Below, piece by piece: positions 62,615-64,000 of a stretch of DNA of 64,000 nucleotides; position 1 is the first letter of the stretch; every line of letters begins with the position of its first letter. Origin of the DNA: Gnetum montanum (taxonomy: Eukaryota; Plantae; Gnetophyta). The position numbers were made by a program, and so were the translations under genes. The stretch covers positions 428,602 to 492,601 of the forward strand of contig MNCI01001065.1 of assembly GCA_015680685.1 (NCBI GenBank), read 5' to 3'. Below the pieces are notes generated by a model. The model saw only the letters and a program-made list of their open reading frames with translations, was not told the DNA's origin and searched no databases.

Positions 62615-63450
62615 AAAAATTTTTGTTAATTCTCAAAATTAAGATTTGCAAGCTAGTAAGAAAAAGTTTGCAACACCTTATTTTAGTGATGTTAATACAA
62701 TTAAGATCCTTGATTTTGTTTTTTTTTTTATGATGTATATGAGTCATTGGTTGTTGATCCTTTATCACAATGTGTTCATTCAAATTTTGAGTTACATGTC
62801 TCGTGATCGAAGTAGCATTTCTCAATCATTTGATGTGATGAAAAAACATGACATCTAAATCCTTCATGCCAAGTATTATTCTTATTTTTTTGTATTTATT
62901 GAGCTAGGAAATGCTTTGATGGCGGAACGTGTCCTAGATATAAGGTCTTTTATCCATAAGCATATAACGTTAATCATTTGTAAAGTGGGCTCCAAAGTTT
63001 GATGTCAAATCTCAAAAATATGCTAAAGTTTCATTTTTTTGTCAAGTTATGTAATTTTTTATTGACTTTTCAAAAAAATGAGATGGAAATTGTTGGACTT
63101 CTCAATCACATTAAGCATATAGAATCTATTTCTATAGTGTTTGATTTTCATAGATGTTTTTATGTTGAAATTAATTTTCTTAATCATAAAAAAAATGGTA
63201 TTACAAACAAGTTGAAAAACTTATATTCAGCCACTTACATATCATAATCTTCTTAATTCTTGTAACTTTTACCAACATGAAAGATATTTGTTTACTTGTC
63301 CTTTTGTGCTTAAATAGAAAGGTTCTAAAGGAAAAAAAACATATTGAAATTGAAGATAGAAAAAAAATAATTTGAAGTTGAAGATATGAAAAATCAAGTT
63401 AATGTCGATAATAAAAAATGATCACATGGTGATAAGGAATCCAAAGCATA
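62615..63450 (+). repeat. Unclassified AT-rich dispersed repeat, copy 2
   Basis: Similar to 50740-51550. Confidence 0.7.
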
Positions 63451-64000
63451 TGAAAGCTCCTATGTATATTTTTACTAGTACTAGAGGAAGTATTGAACCT
63501 AGACAAATAGCTAGTAAGGAAAATTTTTGTCCAACACTCAAAGATTAAAACTAGGATCAAGAAGAAAGTTATAGCTAATGGTAAAGTTTCTCAACATAAG
63601 ATTAACAACAAACGACAAGGTGAAGATCTTTTAAAAGATGTGCCATCATTTCCTAGGAAATGTTGCTTTGATACAAATATTTGTACTAAGCCATAGTTCT
63701 CTATCTTGAATATTGAAAAGTGATGTAAATGTTGTTAGGATTGGAACCTTCCTCCCTACTAACAATTAATTTTCTTCATTTGTTTTTTAAAGTATTAACC
63801 ACAAATTATATATTTATAATATATACCTATATTACTACAAATACGATTTTTTCCCTCTATGAAAAATCAAATTTTATGTATCATGCTAGATTTTTCTTTT
63901 TAAATAGAAAACCTGCAAAAGAAATGTATGACCAATATATATAATTTTTTGTAACTAGACAACTCCCCTTACCTCCTCTTTCGTATCATTATGGTTCATT

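Overview
AT-rich land-plant nuclear DNA. It is probably a gymnosperm, inferred only from the style of the mTERF and Ty3 gag/protease motifs. The window is dominated by decayed, heavily C-to-T deaminated mobile elements. From left to right: (1) The 5' part of an intact, GC-rich mTERF gene on the - strand (ATG at 657, running off the window). An 85-bp inverted copy of its first codons sits just upstream at 814-898. (2) An endogenous caulimovirid (about 900-7271, - strand) abuts that copy. It is circularly permuted and slightly longer than one genome: MP, Cys/His motif, CP-like region, protease, RT, RNase H, a florendovirus-ORF2-like second ORF, and an intergenic region with TATA and AATAAA. The implied unit is only about 5.9 kb, and the viral promoter points toward the inverted repeat and mTERF. 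(3) An L1 LINE appears to be split by a Ty1/copia element, which is itself interrupted by a 12.9-kb Athila-like Ty3 element carrying a long 3' extra ORF. (4) An internally deleted Tat-like Ty3 element (33632-42410). (5) A pseudogene of the At3g48770-like sacsin/NO VEIN GHKL-ATPase family, containing an inverted pair of copia LTRs. (6) A decayed RTE-X-like LINE on the + strand. (7) A 5.9-kb non-autonomous Athila-like element with gag and an in-frame miniature of the same 3' ORF, but no pol. All calls come from manual translation and by-eye alignment; no database search was run.
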